This document shows positions 56,024 through 64,000 of a DNA stretch of 64,000 bases, piece by piece. The position numbers and the translations under genes were made by a program. Origin of the DNA: Opitutales bacterium UBA2995 (GTDB lineage: Bacteria; Verrucomicrobiota; Verrucomicrobiia; Opitutales; UBA2995). Below the pieces are notes generated by a model. That model was not told the DNA's origin, did no database searches, and saw only the letters and a list, made by a program, of their open reading frames with translations. Location: contig DDZZ01000009.1 in NCBI GenBank assembly GCA_002346535.1, positions 6,891 to 70,890 on the forward strand. The letters run 5' to 3'. Each line of letters opens with the position of its first letter. Within the stretch, counting starts at the first letter, position 1.

Positions 56024-57358
56024 ATGGAAAGCGATTCATCAAAAATTACCAAGACTGTCAAGACCTCCACGAGGGCAGGTAATTACTTTATTTCCAATTA
56101 TCCACCGTTTTCATTCTGGTCCGAAGATCATGCGGTGGAGGTGGAGCTTGCGCTTAATTCTGAGCCAAATCCGGAGGCCAAGCTCGGCTTGTACCACCAT
56201 ATCCCTTTCTGCCGCAAGCGTTGCCATTTTTGTTACTTTCGCGTCTATACCGACAAAAATGCCAAGCAGATCCAGGAATACTTGGATGGAACGATAACCG
56301 AACTCGAAGCGATGGCTGCGCAACCTTTGATTCAAGGCCGCAAACCATACTTCATATATTTCGGGGGCGGTACTCCTTCCTATCTTTCGGCCAAGCAGCT
56401 CAGTAGCCTCACCGATTCCATGAAAGCTATTCTTCCTTGGGATGAAGCTGAAGAAGTGGCCTTCGAATGTGAGCCGGGAACCTTAAATCCCAGCAAAATG
56501 ACCGCGGTGAAGGATATTGGTGTGACACGGCTCAGCCTGGGAGTTGAAAACTTCGACGATCACATTTTGCAAATCAACGGACGCGCCCACCGAGCTCCGG
56601 AAGTTTACCGTGCATACGAGCGTGCTCAGGCAGAAAACTTTGACCAGATTAACATCGATCTGATTGCAGGTATGCTCGAGGAGACGGAGGAAAACTGGCA
56701 GAGGAATATCGAAAAGACCATCGAACTGTCCCCCGACAGCGTGACCATTTACCAGATGGAAATTCCATATAATACTGGAATTTACAAAGAGATGAAGGCC
56801 AGCGGCCAGTTGGTGGCCCCCGTCGCGGATTGGGAAACCAAACGGCGCTGGGTTAGAGAAGCTTTCGAGGCTCTGGAAGGTGCCGGCTACTCCATTGCCA
56901 GTGGATATACTGCCGTAAAGAACCTTGAGAGAACCAAATTTATTTACCGCGATGAGCTATGGAGTGGGGCGGACCTCATTGGATTGGGGGTTGCATCTTT
57001 TTCGCATGCAGCCGGTGTGCACTTTCAAAACCTGACGGAAATCGAACCTTACATCGAAGCAATTAGTGCCGGTGAGCTACCCGTCAAACGGGCCTTTCGG
57101 ACGACCGAAGAGGAGCGAATGATTCGGGAGTTTATTCTACAGATGAAACTTGGTCATGTAGACCTGAACTATTTTGCTGAAAAATTCGGGGCAAATCTGC
57201 AAGAGCGATTTGAAGACCAGTTTTCCGGCCTGGCTGATGAAGGTCTTCTTCATTTGGAGGCTGGTGAGGTAAAGCTGACACGGGATGGCCTTCTTTGTGT
57301 CGATAACCTCCTACACGGCTTTTTTTTACAGCAGCACCGTGACTCTAAAATAGTATAA
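56024..57358 (+). CDS. HemN-family (class C-like) radical SAM protein; role uncertain
   Basis: HIPFCRKRCHFCYF (CxxxCxxC), FGGGTPS, and a HemN_C-like tail. 444 aa. Confidence 0.8.
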   Translation: MESDSSKITKTVKTSTRAGNYFISNYPPFSFWSEDHAVEVELALNSEPNPEAKLGLYHHIPFCRKRCHFCYFRVYTDKNAKQIQEYLDGTITELEAMAAQPLIQGRKPYFIYFGGGTPSYLSAKQLSSLTDSMKAILPWDEAEEVAFECEPGTLNPSKMTAVKDIGVTRLSLGVENFDDHILQINGRAHRAPEVYRAYERAQAENFDQINIDLIAGMLEETEENWQRNIEKTIELSPDSVTIYQMEIPYNTGIYKEMKASGQLVAPVADWETKRRWVREAFEALEGAGYSIASGYTAVKNLERTKFIYRDELWSGADLIGLGVASFSHAAGVHFQNLTEIEPYIEAISAGELPVKRAFRTTEEERMIREFILQMKLGHVDLNYFAEKFGANLQERFEDQFSGLADEGLLHLEAGEVKLTRDGLLCVDNLLHGFFLQQHRDSKIV

Positions 57359-57391
57359 GCCATAACGTTTCCACTCTCACCTAATTCTAGT

Positions 57392-57787
57392 ATGGAACAA
57401 GTTATTACCGAGGGTATTCCTGAATCCCTTCGCCACTTTGTCACTGAAAACTGTCTAATCTCTGCAAAATCCTTTGAAATATTTTTTGGGACTGACTTAC
57501 AGGAGCCGGTAAGAAGCCTTCCTCATCACGATCAGGATATGACATCGACCTTGGCTGATTTTTAAGAGAGCAGCCTGATTGTGGATTGCCAAAAGGAGGG
57601 TGGAGCATGATGGAACCTGCTTCAGGGAGGTCTTTTTGCGGGCCAGAAATTCTCATAAAGTTGTCGAGTCGGGATGATAGGCATAGTCTTGGATAGCTTT
57701 ACGGAAGATCAATGGCCGATAATCCGCACAAACAAGGAGCCTCTTGAAGGACTTTTGTACAAGTTTCGGATCAATTTTGAGAGGTGA
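57392..57787 (+). pseudogene. 131-codon frame with three in-frame stops; tentatively a chorismate-lyase-fold (UbiC/DUF98-like) gene remnant
   Basis: The single frame reads MEQVITEG...LPHHDQDMTSTLADF*ESSLIVDCQKEGGA*WNLLQGGLFAGQKFS*SCRVGMIGIVLDSF...EPLEGLLYKFRINFER*. Stops lie at 57563, 57608 and 57656. The D-x-S/D-M-T-x-x-L and P-L-G-x-x-L elements recall that fold. Confidence 0.4.
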
Positions 57788-57964
57788 CCTGTTTGCTTTT
57801 TATCCATTTCTTATGAACATCTTTTCGCTACATCGTTAATAGATTTTCATGGTGACGAGTTTTATGGAATATTTAATCTGTTTTCCAGAAAGTCGGGTGA
57901 ACGATTGCTTGGATCATGGAAATTTTTCCTTAAGCTTGGTCATCTTTCCTTAAATTAAATTTTG

Positions 57965-59239
57965 ATGACTTATCCGAATTCATACGACGCAATCATTATC
58001 GGTGGTGGACCAGCCGGATCTACTGGTGGTGCCATCTTGGCTGAAAAAGGTTGGAACGTACTCATTTTGGAGAAGGAAAAGTTTCCCCGCTACCATGTGG
58101 GAGAGTCTCTCATGCCTTATTGTTATTTCACTTTCGATCGGCTTGGGGTGGTCGATAAGATTAATGAAATGGCATGGACGGAAAAACACAGCGTTCAGTT
58201 TGTTGGGCAAGACGGAAAAGTCTCCACACCCTTTTATTTTTTCCAGCACTTCGATCACCCCGCGGCTAAGACCTGGCAAGTGAAACGGGCAGAGTTTGAC
58301 GAAATGCTCCTCAATAATGCCCGCGAGAAAGGGGCAATTGTTTGGGAGGAAACAGAAGTTACGGAATTTATCATGAATGGGGAAGGCGCGATCTCGGGTG
58401 TCGTGGCACAACCCAAGGAGGGAGATGCAATTCATCTGAATGCCAGGGTCGTTTTGGATGGATCCGGACGCGAGGCGGTTTACCATCGAAAGCACCATAC
58501 AAGAAAACGAGACCCGTATCTTAACAAGATTGCTATCTGGACTCTTTACAAGGGAGCCAAGCGTGATCCGGGACTGGACGAAGGCTCGACGACGGTTGCC
58601 TATGTGGGGAACAAAGGTTGGTTCTGGAATATTCCTATGGCTAACGATATTGTCAGTTCGGGTGTCGTTGCAGAGCGGGATTACCTGTTTAAGGACACGC
58701 GTGTTCCCAAAGAAATATACGAGCGCGAAATCAAAAACAACAAATGGATCGAAGATCATTTGACTGAAGGCGAACAATTTGGTGAGTACTGGGTTACTGG
58801 AGAGTATTCCTATCGTGGTGAACATTGCGCTACCGATGGGCTGGTCATGATTGGCGATGCATTCGCATTTCTGGATCCGATTTTTTCTTCTGGGGTGTTC
58901 TTGGCTTTAAAAAGCGCAGAGATGGCAGCAGATGCAGCTGATTTGGCTTTGCAAAAAGAAGGTCCGGTAACCGCGAAGGCTTTTGAGGAATACGGAGAAA
59001 GATTGTGTTCGGCTATCGAAACGATGCGTACTGTTGTCTATGCATTTTATGATAAGGATTTTAGTTTTGCCAGTTTGCTGAAAGCCAACATGCACTTGCA
59101 GGGAACTCTTACCGATTGCCTGATCGGAGATCTGATGGATCGAGATTATTCGGACTTATTCAGTGCCATGAAAGATTTTGCAAAATTGCCTGAACCTCTT
59201 TCTCATGGTCGTGCGAATCTGAATAAAAACTCCGTCTGA
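57965..59239 (+). CDS. FAD-dependent enzyme with flavin-dependent halogenase signature motifs
   Basis: GGGPAGS (GxGxxG); FPRYHVGESLMP; GWFWNIP (WxWxIP, codons 58619-58636); GDAFAFLDPIFSSGV. Confidence 0.7.
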   Translation: MTYPNSYDAIIIGGGPAGSTGGAILAEKGWNVLILEKEKFPRYHVGESLMPYCYFTFDRLGVVDKINEMAWTEKHSVQFVGQDGKVSTPFYFFQHFDHPAAKTWQVKRAEFDEMLLNNAREKGAIVWEETEVTEFIMNGEGAISGVVAQPKEGDAIHLNARVVLDGSGREAVYHRKHHTRKRDPYLNKIAIWTLYKGAKRDPGLDEGSTTVAYVGNKGWFWNIPMANDIVSSGVVAERDYLFKDTRVPKEIYEREIKNNKWIEDHLTEGEQFGEYWVTGEYSYRGEHCATDGLVMIGDAFAFLDPIFSSGVFLALKSAEMAADAADLALQKEGPVTAKAFEEYGERLCSAIETMRTVVYAFYDKDFSFASLLKANMHLQGTLTDCLIGDLMDRDYSDLFSAMKDFAKLPEPLSHGRANLNKNSV

Positions 59240-59245
59240 TCCGAT

Positions 59246-60577
59246 TTGGAGAGGACTCTTTTCAGCCTACATCCTTTGAAATTCACTTTCTTAACGCCCG
59301 GCACTGGCAGTTACTATTGTGGCGCATGTATGCGCGACAACGCTTTGGCTATCGAACTCCATAAAGCTGGAGAGGATGTGACCATTCTGCCCATGTACTT
59401 GCCATTGATTCTCGATGAAAAGCCACTCGAGGGTTTGAAGGATACCCCTATTTTTTTCGGAGGTATCAACGTTTTTCTGCAGTCTAAATTATCTCTCTTT
59501 CGAAAGACTCCGGCCTTCCTGGATAAGCTTTTCAATTCCACAGGATTACTGCGCTTTGCCGCGCGAAACAGTCATATGACATCCGCTAGGACGCATGGTG
59601 AAATGTGTCTCGACATGCTCAACGTCGAAGAAAGCGGTTTCAAAAAGGAATTTGAAAAGCTTTTGGATTGGCTTGAGGAAGTAGGAAAACCAGATGTGGT
59701 TTGCCTGTCCACCGCCCTTCAAGCCGGACTGGCTGATGAAATTAAAAAGCGATTGGGAGTCCAGATCATACTTTTTTTTCAGGGAGAAGATTCTTTCTTA
59801 GATGGACTGCCAGAACCATTCAAAACACAGTGCTGGGAACGGATGGGTGAAAGGCTTTCCTCGTCCGACATACTGGTCTCGCCGAGCCATTTTTATTCGA
59901 AGTATATGGAGCAACGGCTTGGTTTTTCTATCGGCGAAATTGCGGTTATGCCAAATGGCATAAAACTGGAAGGATTTGCTAAATCTGACCGGCCACCTGA
60001 GTATCCAACTGTCGGGTACCTCGCTCGCATGTGCCGTGATAAGGGTCTGGATGTTATGGTGGATGCATTTATTCATCTGCGCACCGAGCTTGGAAACTCA
60101 GATGCACGGTTGAAAGTTGCAGGAGCCATGACTGCCGGGGATGCAGCACTGGTAAACGAACTCAAAAAGAAAATCAAAGCGGTTGGTTTGGACGATGATG
60201 TTCATTGGTTCCCCAATATTTCACGTGAAGATAAGATTTCATTTTTGCAAAGCCTTACCCTGTTTTCTGTCCCTGTAGCTTATCCTGAAGCTTTCGGGCT
60301 CTACTTGATTGAGGCGATTGCTTGTGGCGTTCCTGTGGTTCAACCCAATAAGGCATCCTTCATTGAGATCGTGAATACTACCGGTGGGGGTGTTTGTTAT
60401 CCCGAAACTGGTCCTAACGCGTTAGCGGATTCTTGGCACAGTTTGCTAAGCGATCCAGCTCGGCGAATTACGATGAGTGAAACAGGAAGAAAACAGGTGG
60501 AAGCTCACTATACTTCCAGTCAAATGAGCCAAAATTTCCTCCACCTGAGCCGTGGTCTCGCGCTTCCTACTTCTTAA
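59246..60577 (+). CDS. GT4-family glycosyltransferase (GT-B fold) with an N-terminal CxxC element
   Basis: YYCGACMRDNA; EAFGLYLIEAIACGVPVV (E-x7-E). Both candidate starts are TTG (59246 or 59276). Confidence 0.8.
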   Translation: MERTLFSLHPLKFTFLTPGTGSYYCGACMRDNALAIELHKAGEDVTILPMYLPLILDEKPLEGLKDTPIFFGGINVFLQSKLSLFRKTPAFLDKLFNSTGLLRFAARNSHMTSARTHGEMCLDMLNVEESGFKKEFEKLLDWLEEVGKPDVVCLSTALQAGLADEIKKRLGVQIILFFQGEDSFLDGLPEPFKTQCWERMGERLSSSDILVSPSHFYSKYMEQRLGFSIGEIAVMPNGIKLEGFAKSDRPPEYPTVGYLARMCRDKGLDVMVDAFIHLRTELGNSDARLKVAGAMTAGDAALVNELKKKIKAVGLDDDVHWFPNISREDKISFLQSLTLFSVPVAYPEAFGLYLIEAIACGVPVVQPNKASFIEIVNTTGGGVCYPETGPNALADSWHSLLSDPARRITMSETGRKQVEAHYTSSQMSQNFLHLSRGLALPTS

Positions 60578-60588
60578 TTTCCTATGGT

Positions 60589-61033
60589 ATGGAACTTCCA
60601 AAATTCTTTCATTTTATTCACAACCGTCGAGTCGAGCCGAGTGGACCGATACTGACAGGGCTGGCATCGTGCATTTTACTGCATTCTGCGGTATGCCGAT
60701 GAGCCTGAACATGCTTTTTGGCGCTCTTTAGGTCTGCCTTTTCATTCGAGAGATGAGGAGGACAAAACCGGTTAACTCAGACTCAATGTAAGTTACAACT
60801 TTTCCAAGCTGGTTAGCTTGGAGCAGGTGCTTACGATTGAAATTCGAATTCTTAGGGTCAGTAATACCACATTGCGCTGCGGTTTTTGGATATTCGATGA
60901 CGAAGGAACTGAAAACGGTATGTTAGCTGTTGGTGAACTGGTGATTATCCATGTTGATCTTGGCCCGGTAGCGCAACACATGCCTAATGCATTATCGGCC
61001 ACAACCGATATAGGTGATTTGGCTTTCGATTGA
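60589..61033 (+). pseudogene. decayed 4HBT/YbgC-type acyl-CoA thioesterase
   Basis: MELPKFFHFIHNRRVE, then a shift, then WTDTDRAGIVHFTAF, then a shift, then RYADEPEHAFWRSLGLPF...TG*LRLNVSYNF...LTIEIRILRVSNTTLRCGFWIFDDEG...AVGELVIIHVD. Removing the 5 nt CCGAG (637-641) restores RRVEWTDTD. Confidence 0.6.
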
Positions 61034-61178
61034 TCTTTACTTCGGTTAGGGGATGCCTTTTACGAGATCCGAAATAGTTTTTGGCAACCTTCATTTATCG
61101 AGAATAAACCCGATAGCAGTTTTATTCGATTTTATGGACCCTTCTGATACCCGCCTCACTTTAGCAGTGCCGAAGTGA

Positions 61179-61715
61179 CTAAGCAGGTTCCATTTTGGAT
61201 TTGATCAAATCCGGATACCATTCACTCAAAAAGCTCAGCATGGCCCGTAAGGAAATGATTCCTTCCAATTGTCCGTTCTTCGTTATCGGAAGATGCCGAA
61301 AATCGCCAATCGACATCCTGTTAAGCGCGTATGCAATGGGAGTGTTAATATCTAGCATTTCCGGATTGAGGGTCATGAACTCGGATATCGGCAAATTGAT
61401 GGATTCCTCGTAGCGGTCAGCCAGACGAATCAGCACGTCTCGTTCACTAAAAATGCCTACTATATTGCTCACATCACCCACCAGTGCACATCCGAACTTT
61501 CGTTCCTGAAGAATTGCCACCACTTCACCCACTTTAGTGTCGGGTGTCACGATACAGGTCGGTTTGAGGTTAAGTTTGGCCAGTGTGCTTTCCATCATAC
61601 TAGCTTCTACCTTTGAACTGGCTTGAGGATGGTCCAATTCCGCAAGGTCCTGTCGACAATTCTCGCAGGTATCAGCCCCGGGGATGTTCCAGTGGTTACA
61701 GTAAGGACAATTCAT
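61179..61715 (-). CDS. zinc-ribbon + CBS-pair protein
   Basis: MNCPYCNHWNIPGADTCENCRQDL followed by two CBS motifs. Confidence 0.8.
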   Translation of the reverse strand: MNCPYCNHWNIPGADTCENCRQDLAELDHPQASSKVEASMMESTLAKLNLKPTCIVTPDTKVGEVVAILQERKFGCALVGDVSNIVGIFSERDVLIRLADRYEESINLPISEFMTLNPEMLDINTPIAYALNRMSIGDFRHLPITKNGQLEGIISLRAMLSFLSEWYPDLIKSKMEPA

Positions 61716-61730
61716 AGAAATTCTTTTTAA

Positions 61731-62198
61731 TTATCCTCCGTCACGGGCTGCGGGAATGGTTTCGGGCTCTGGTGGAAGATTGTACACGGTAGTGGGATGG
61801 TAATCAGCCAAGAAATTTACGGCGCGTTTGACCGAAATGGTCCCTACAGGTCTGTGTTGATCATCAATTAGTGGCAAATGCCGTATACCATTTTTATGTA
61901 AAAGGTTGAGTGCCTCGTGAATGTAAATATCTTCAATGGCAATGGTGGGCTTTGAGGTCATGACATCGGAGATGGGGCGATCGTTCAGGTTCTCTTTTCC
62001 TAAAACTCGGTTCAGGAAATCTCGTTCTGTAAAAATGCCGCAGAATTTTTCTCCTTCGAGAATGAGAATGCACCCATATTTTTCCCGCCGCATGCGTGCG
62101 ACGGTTGATTGAATGGTCTCGTCTTTTTGAACAGTTGCCGGCGGCTGATAGCCGACATCGGCTACCGTTTCGTTTTCTAGTGCAAAGCGCAGATCCAT
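61731..62198 (-). CDS. CBS-pair domain protein
   Basis: Two CBS motifs (GIFTERDFLNRV...; NGIRHLPLIDD...). I prefer the ATG at 62198 over the track's TTG at 62375. Confidence 0.75.
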   Translation of the reverse strand: MDLRFALENETVADVGYQPPATVQKDETIQSTVARMRREKYGCILILEGEKFCGIFTERDFLNRVLGKENLNDRPISDVMTSKPTIAIEDIYIHEALNLLHKNGIRHLPLIDDQHRPVGTISVKRAVNFLADYHPTTVYNLPPEPETIPAARDGG

Positions 62199-62578
62199 GG
62201 CGGTCTGATAGTTAAATTCGGATTGACTGATAATCGCTTTCCCTCCGCAGAGAGAAAGAAGATCTATTGTTGAACCTATGGTTATGATTTTTAAAGTCAA
62301 CGACCGAGGGTTCTTAAAAGGCCTTTGGGAATTTAACTTGGAATAGACTGACAAATTAGATTTTGAGCCTTCCAATTATCCAGTGAAAACAGCCTTGAAA
62401 GGGTGTTATCCCCCTTTATAAGGGTTTGTTTAATAAATTTGAATTAGTGTTTTTCTTTTTTTGGCGCTGTAATTTTGATTCGTATTCCGAAATACCTTGT
62501 AAATGAGGTAAATAAATTTATTATAATATTTCCGTGCTTTTACTTAGGTCAGCTAATTTTTTGCAGCCTTTATTTTTT

Positions 62579-64000
62579 ATGAATCTTTGTGCCACCCGCG
62601 TTCGTTTGGTTTCTTGTTTGTTATTCTTAGGAGCATTCATCGGTCAGCTGTGTGCTGAAAATACCGCTACGAGTCTGACGTACGAAGTCAGTTTTCATGA
62701 GCATGTGAGGCCTATTTTTCAGGCAAAATGCCACGGATGTCACCAGCCAGCTCGTTCAAGAGCGGAATATGTTATGACAGATGTCCAGAGCCTGATCGCC
62801 GGCGGCGAAGGTGGTGAACCGGTTGTGATTCCCGGCAAGCCGGAGGAAAGTTACTTGATAGACTTGGTCACTTTACATGAGGGCGATGAACGTCCGGAAA
62901 TGCCCGAGCGAGACGAACCGCTTACCCCGTACGAACTGACATTGGTGACGAAGTGGATTCAGGACGGTGCTACCGACGATACTCCGGAAAACGCCCGACA
63001 ATTGTATTCAAGTGACAATCCACCCCAATATGCAGTGCCTCCCGTCGTCACTTCCCTCGATTATTCTCCCGATGGTGAACTTCTCGCAGTAGCTGGATTC
63101 TATGAGGTTTTAATCCACAAAGCGGATGGTTCTGGATTGGTTTCGAGGTTGATTGGATTGTCTGAACGGATCGAAAGCGCCCGCTTTTCTCCTGATGGCA
63201 AATTACTCGCAGTTGCCGGCGGGCTTCCTGGTCGCATGGGAGAAATTCAAATTTGGGACGTAGCCAAGGAGCGATTGATCCTATCAAAGCCAGTAGGTTA
63301 CGATACAGCTTACGGGGCCAGTTGGTCGCCGGATGGAAAATATGTTTCTTTTGGAATGCCGGACAACACCGTTCGTGCTATCGAAATCGAAGAGGGCGAT
63401 CAGGTCTTCTTCATGGGTGGGCACAATGATTGGGTCTTAGATACTGCCTGGTCACCTAAAGGCAACCACCTCGTTTCGGTGAGCCGGGACATGAGCGCCA
63501 AATTGACGGAAGTTGAAACGGAACGCCTGATCGACAATATCACTTCTATCACACCGGGGGCCCTTAAAGGCGGCGTGAACGCCATTGACACTCATCCTGA
63601 TTGGGATCACGTGCTGATCGGCGGTTCGGATGGTGTCCCTCAGATTTATCGCATGCACCGCGAGACTGAGCGCAAGATTGGCGACAATGCCAATCTGATT
63701 CGGAAATATCCCGCCATGAACGGTCGTATCTGGAGTGCTGCATTTGCTCCGGATGGAAAATCATTTGCTGCGGTTTCGAGTTTGGATGGAAAAGGCCAAA
63801 TAAACTATTACGCGTCGGATTATGATGCTACCATTTCCCCGGAGTTGAAGAAACTGTTTGAGACGGCCCGAAGAAATCCGGACGAAGAAAAAAATATCGA
63901 ACCTGAGATTGAAGCCTTCCATACGGATGGTGCCATTCTGCTGAATTCAATCGACGTGGACTCACCTGCATTTTCGGTTGCCTTTGCTCCGGGCGGCAAG
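62579..64000 (+). CDS. planctomycete-type cytochrome c domain + WD40/beta-propeller repeat protein; 3' end off the window
   Basis: Not in the ORF track (no stop in the window). Hand translation: MNLCATRVRLVSCLLFLGAF...HVRPIFQAKCHGCHQP...SPDGELLAVAG...SPDGKLLAVAGG...SPDGKYVSFG. Confidence 0.8.
   Translation, partial: MNLCATRVRLVSCLLFLGAFIGQLCAENTATSLTYEVSFHEHVRPIFQAKCHGCHQPARSRAEYVMTDVQSLIAGGEGGEPVVIPGKPEESYLIDLVTLHEGDERPEMPERDEPLTPYELTLVTKWIQDGATDDTPENARQLYSSDNPPQYAVPPVVTSLDYSPDGELLAVAGFYEVLIHKADGSGLVSRLIGLSERIESARFSPDGKLLAVAGGLPGRMGEIQIWDVAKERLILSKPVGYDTAYGASWSPDGKYVSFGMPDNTVRAIEIEEGDQVFFMGGHNDWVLDTAWSPKGNHLVSVSRDMSAKLTEVETERLIDNITSITPGALKGGVNAIDTHPDWDHVLIGGSDGVPQIYRMHRETERKIGDNANLIRKYPAMNGRIWSAAFAPDGKSFAAVSSLDGKGQINYYASDYDATISPELKKLFETARRNPDEEKNIEPEIEAFHTDGAILLNSIDVDSPAFSVAFAPGGK

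Noticed and set aside
4934-61033. Possibility that the many in-frame TAA codons reflect stop-codon reassignment or readthrough.
   Set aside because: Intact genes in the window terminate normally at TAA (for example 2890-2892, 35911-35913 and 9504-9506). The TAA-containing frames are also truncated or frameshifted, so decay is the simpler explanation.
1-64000. Search for CRISPR arrays, IS elements, integrases, prophage genes, toxin-antitoxin pairs and known defence-system genes.
   Set aside because: I found no direct-repeat arrays, transposase/integrase-like translations or nuclease/ATPase defence signatures in any of the listed ORFs or in my own reading.

Overview
This is a 64-kb chromosomal window whose gene content looks like a marine PVC-superphylum bacterium. 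Verrucomicrobiota is most likely and Planctomycetota is not excluded. All family names come from reading the translations; no database search was run. I support about 46 intact protein genes. I saw no rRNA, tRNA, CRISPR array, transposase, integrase or phage gene.

Content:
- ureA-ureB-ureC at the left edge.
- Four formylglycine-type sulfatases.
- Four DUF1080 (3-keto-disaccharide-hydrolase-like) proteins, a ThuA-like protein and a Tat-exported Gfo/Idh/MocA oxidoreductase.
- Three beta-propeller dehydrogenases fused to cytochrome c, plus one propeller without a heme domain.
- A DUF1552/DUF1592 pair and three Na+/solute symporters.
- Housekeeping genes: glutaryl-CoA dehydrogenase, purine nucleoside phosphorylase, an ArsC-family protein and a SMUG1-type uracil-DNA glycosylase.

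Most notable observations:
1. A tightly packed nine-gene plus-strand operon at 44789-57358. It encodes a TonB-dependent receptor, three PQQ-like propellers, a DUF3311+SSS symporter, a short PaaK-like adenylating enzyme, an Fe-ADH and a HemN-like radical SAM protein. It is followed by a flavin-halogenase-like gene and a GT4 gene. These two are bracketed by a decayed chorismate-lyase-like gene and a decayed 4HBT thioesterase gene. I cannot assign the set to any characterised pathway.
2. An A10 tract at 41223-41232. A -1 shift there would fuse a signal-peptide-bearing DUF1080 gene to the next 805-codon dehydrogenase/cytochrome c ORF, which lacks a start codon and a signal peptide.
3. A B12-binding radical SAM gene paired with a membrane-anchored SGNH hydrolase.
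4. At least ten recognisable gene remnants, mostly carrying in-frame TAA stops, fill most of the larger intergenic spacers.
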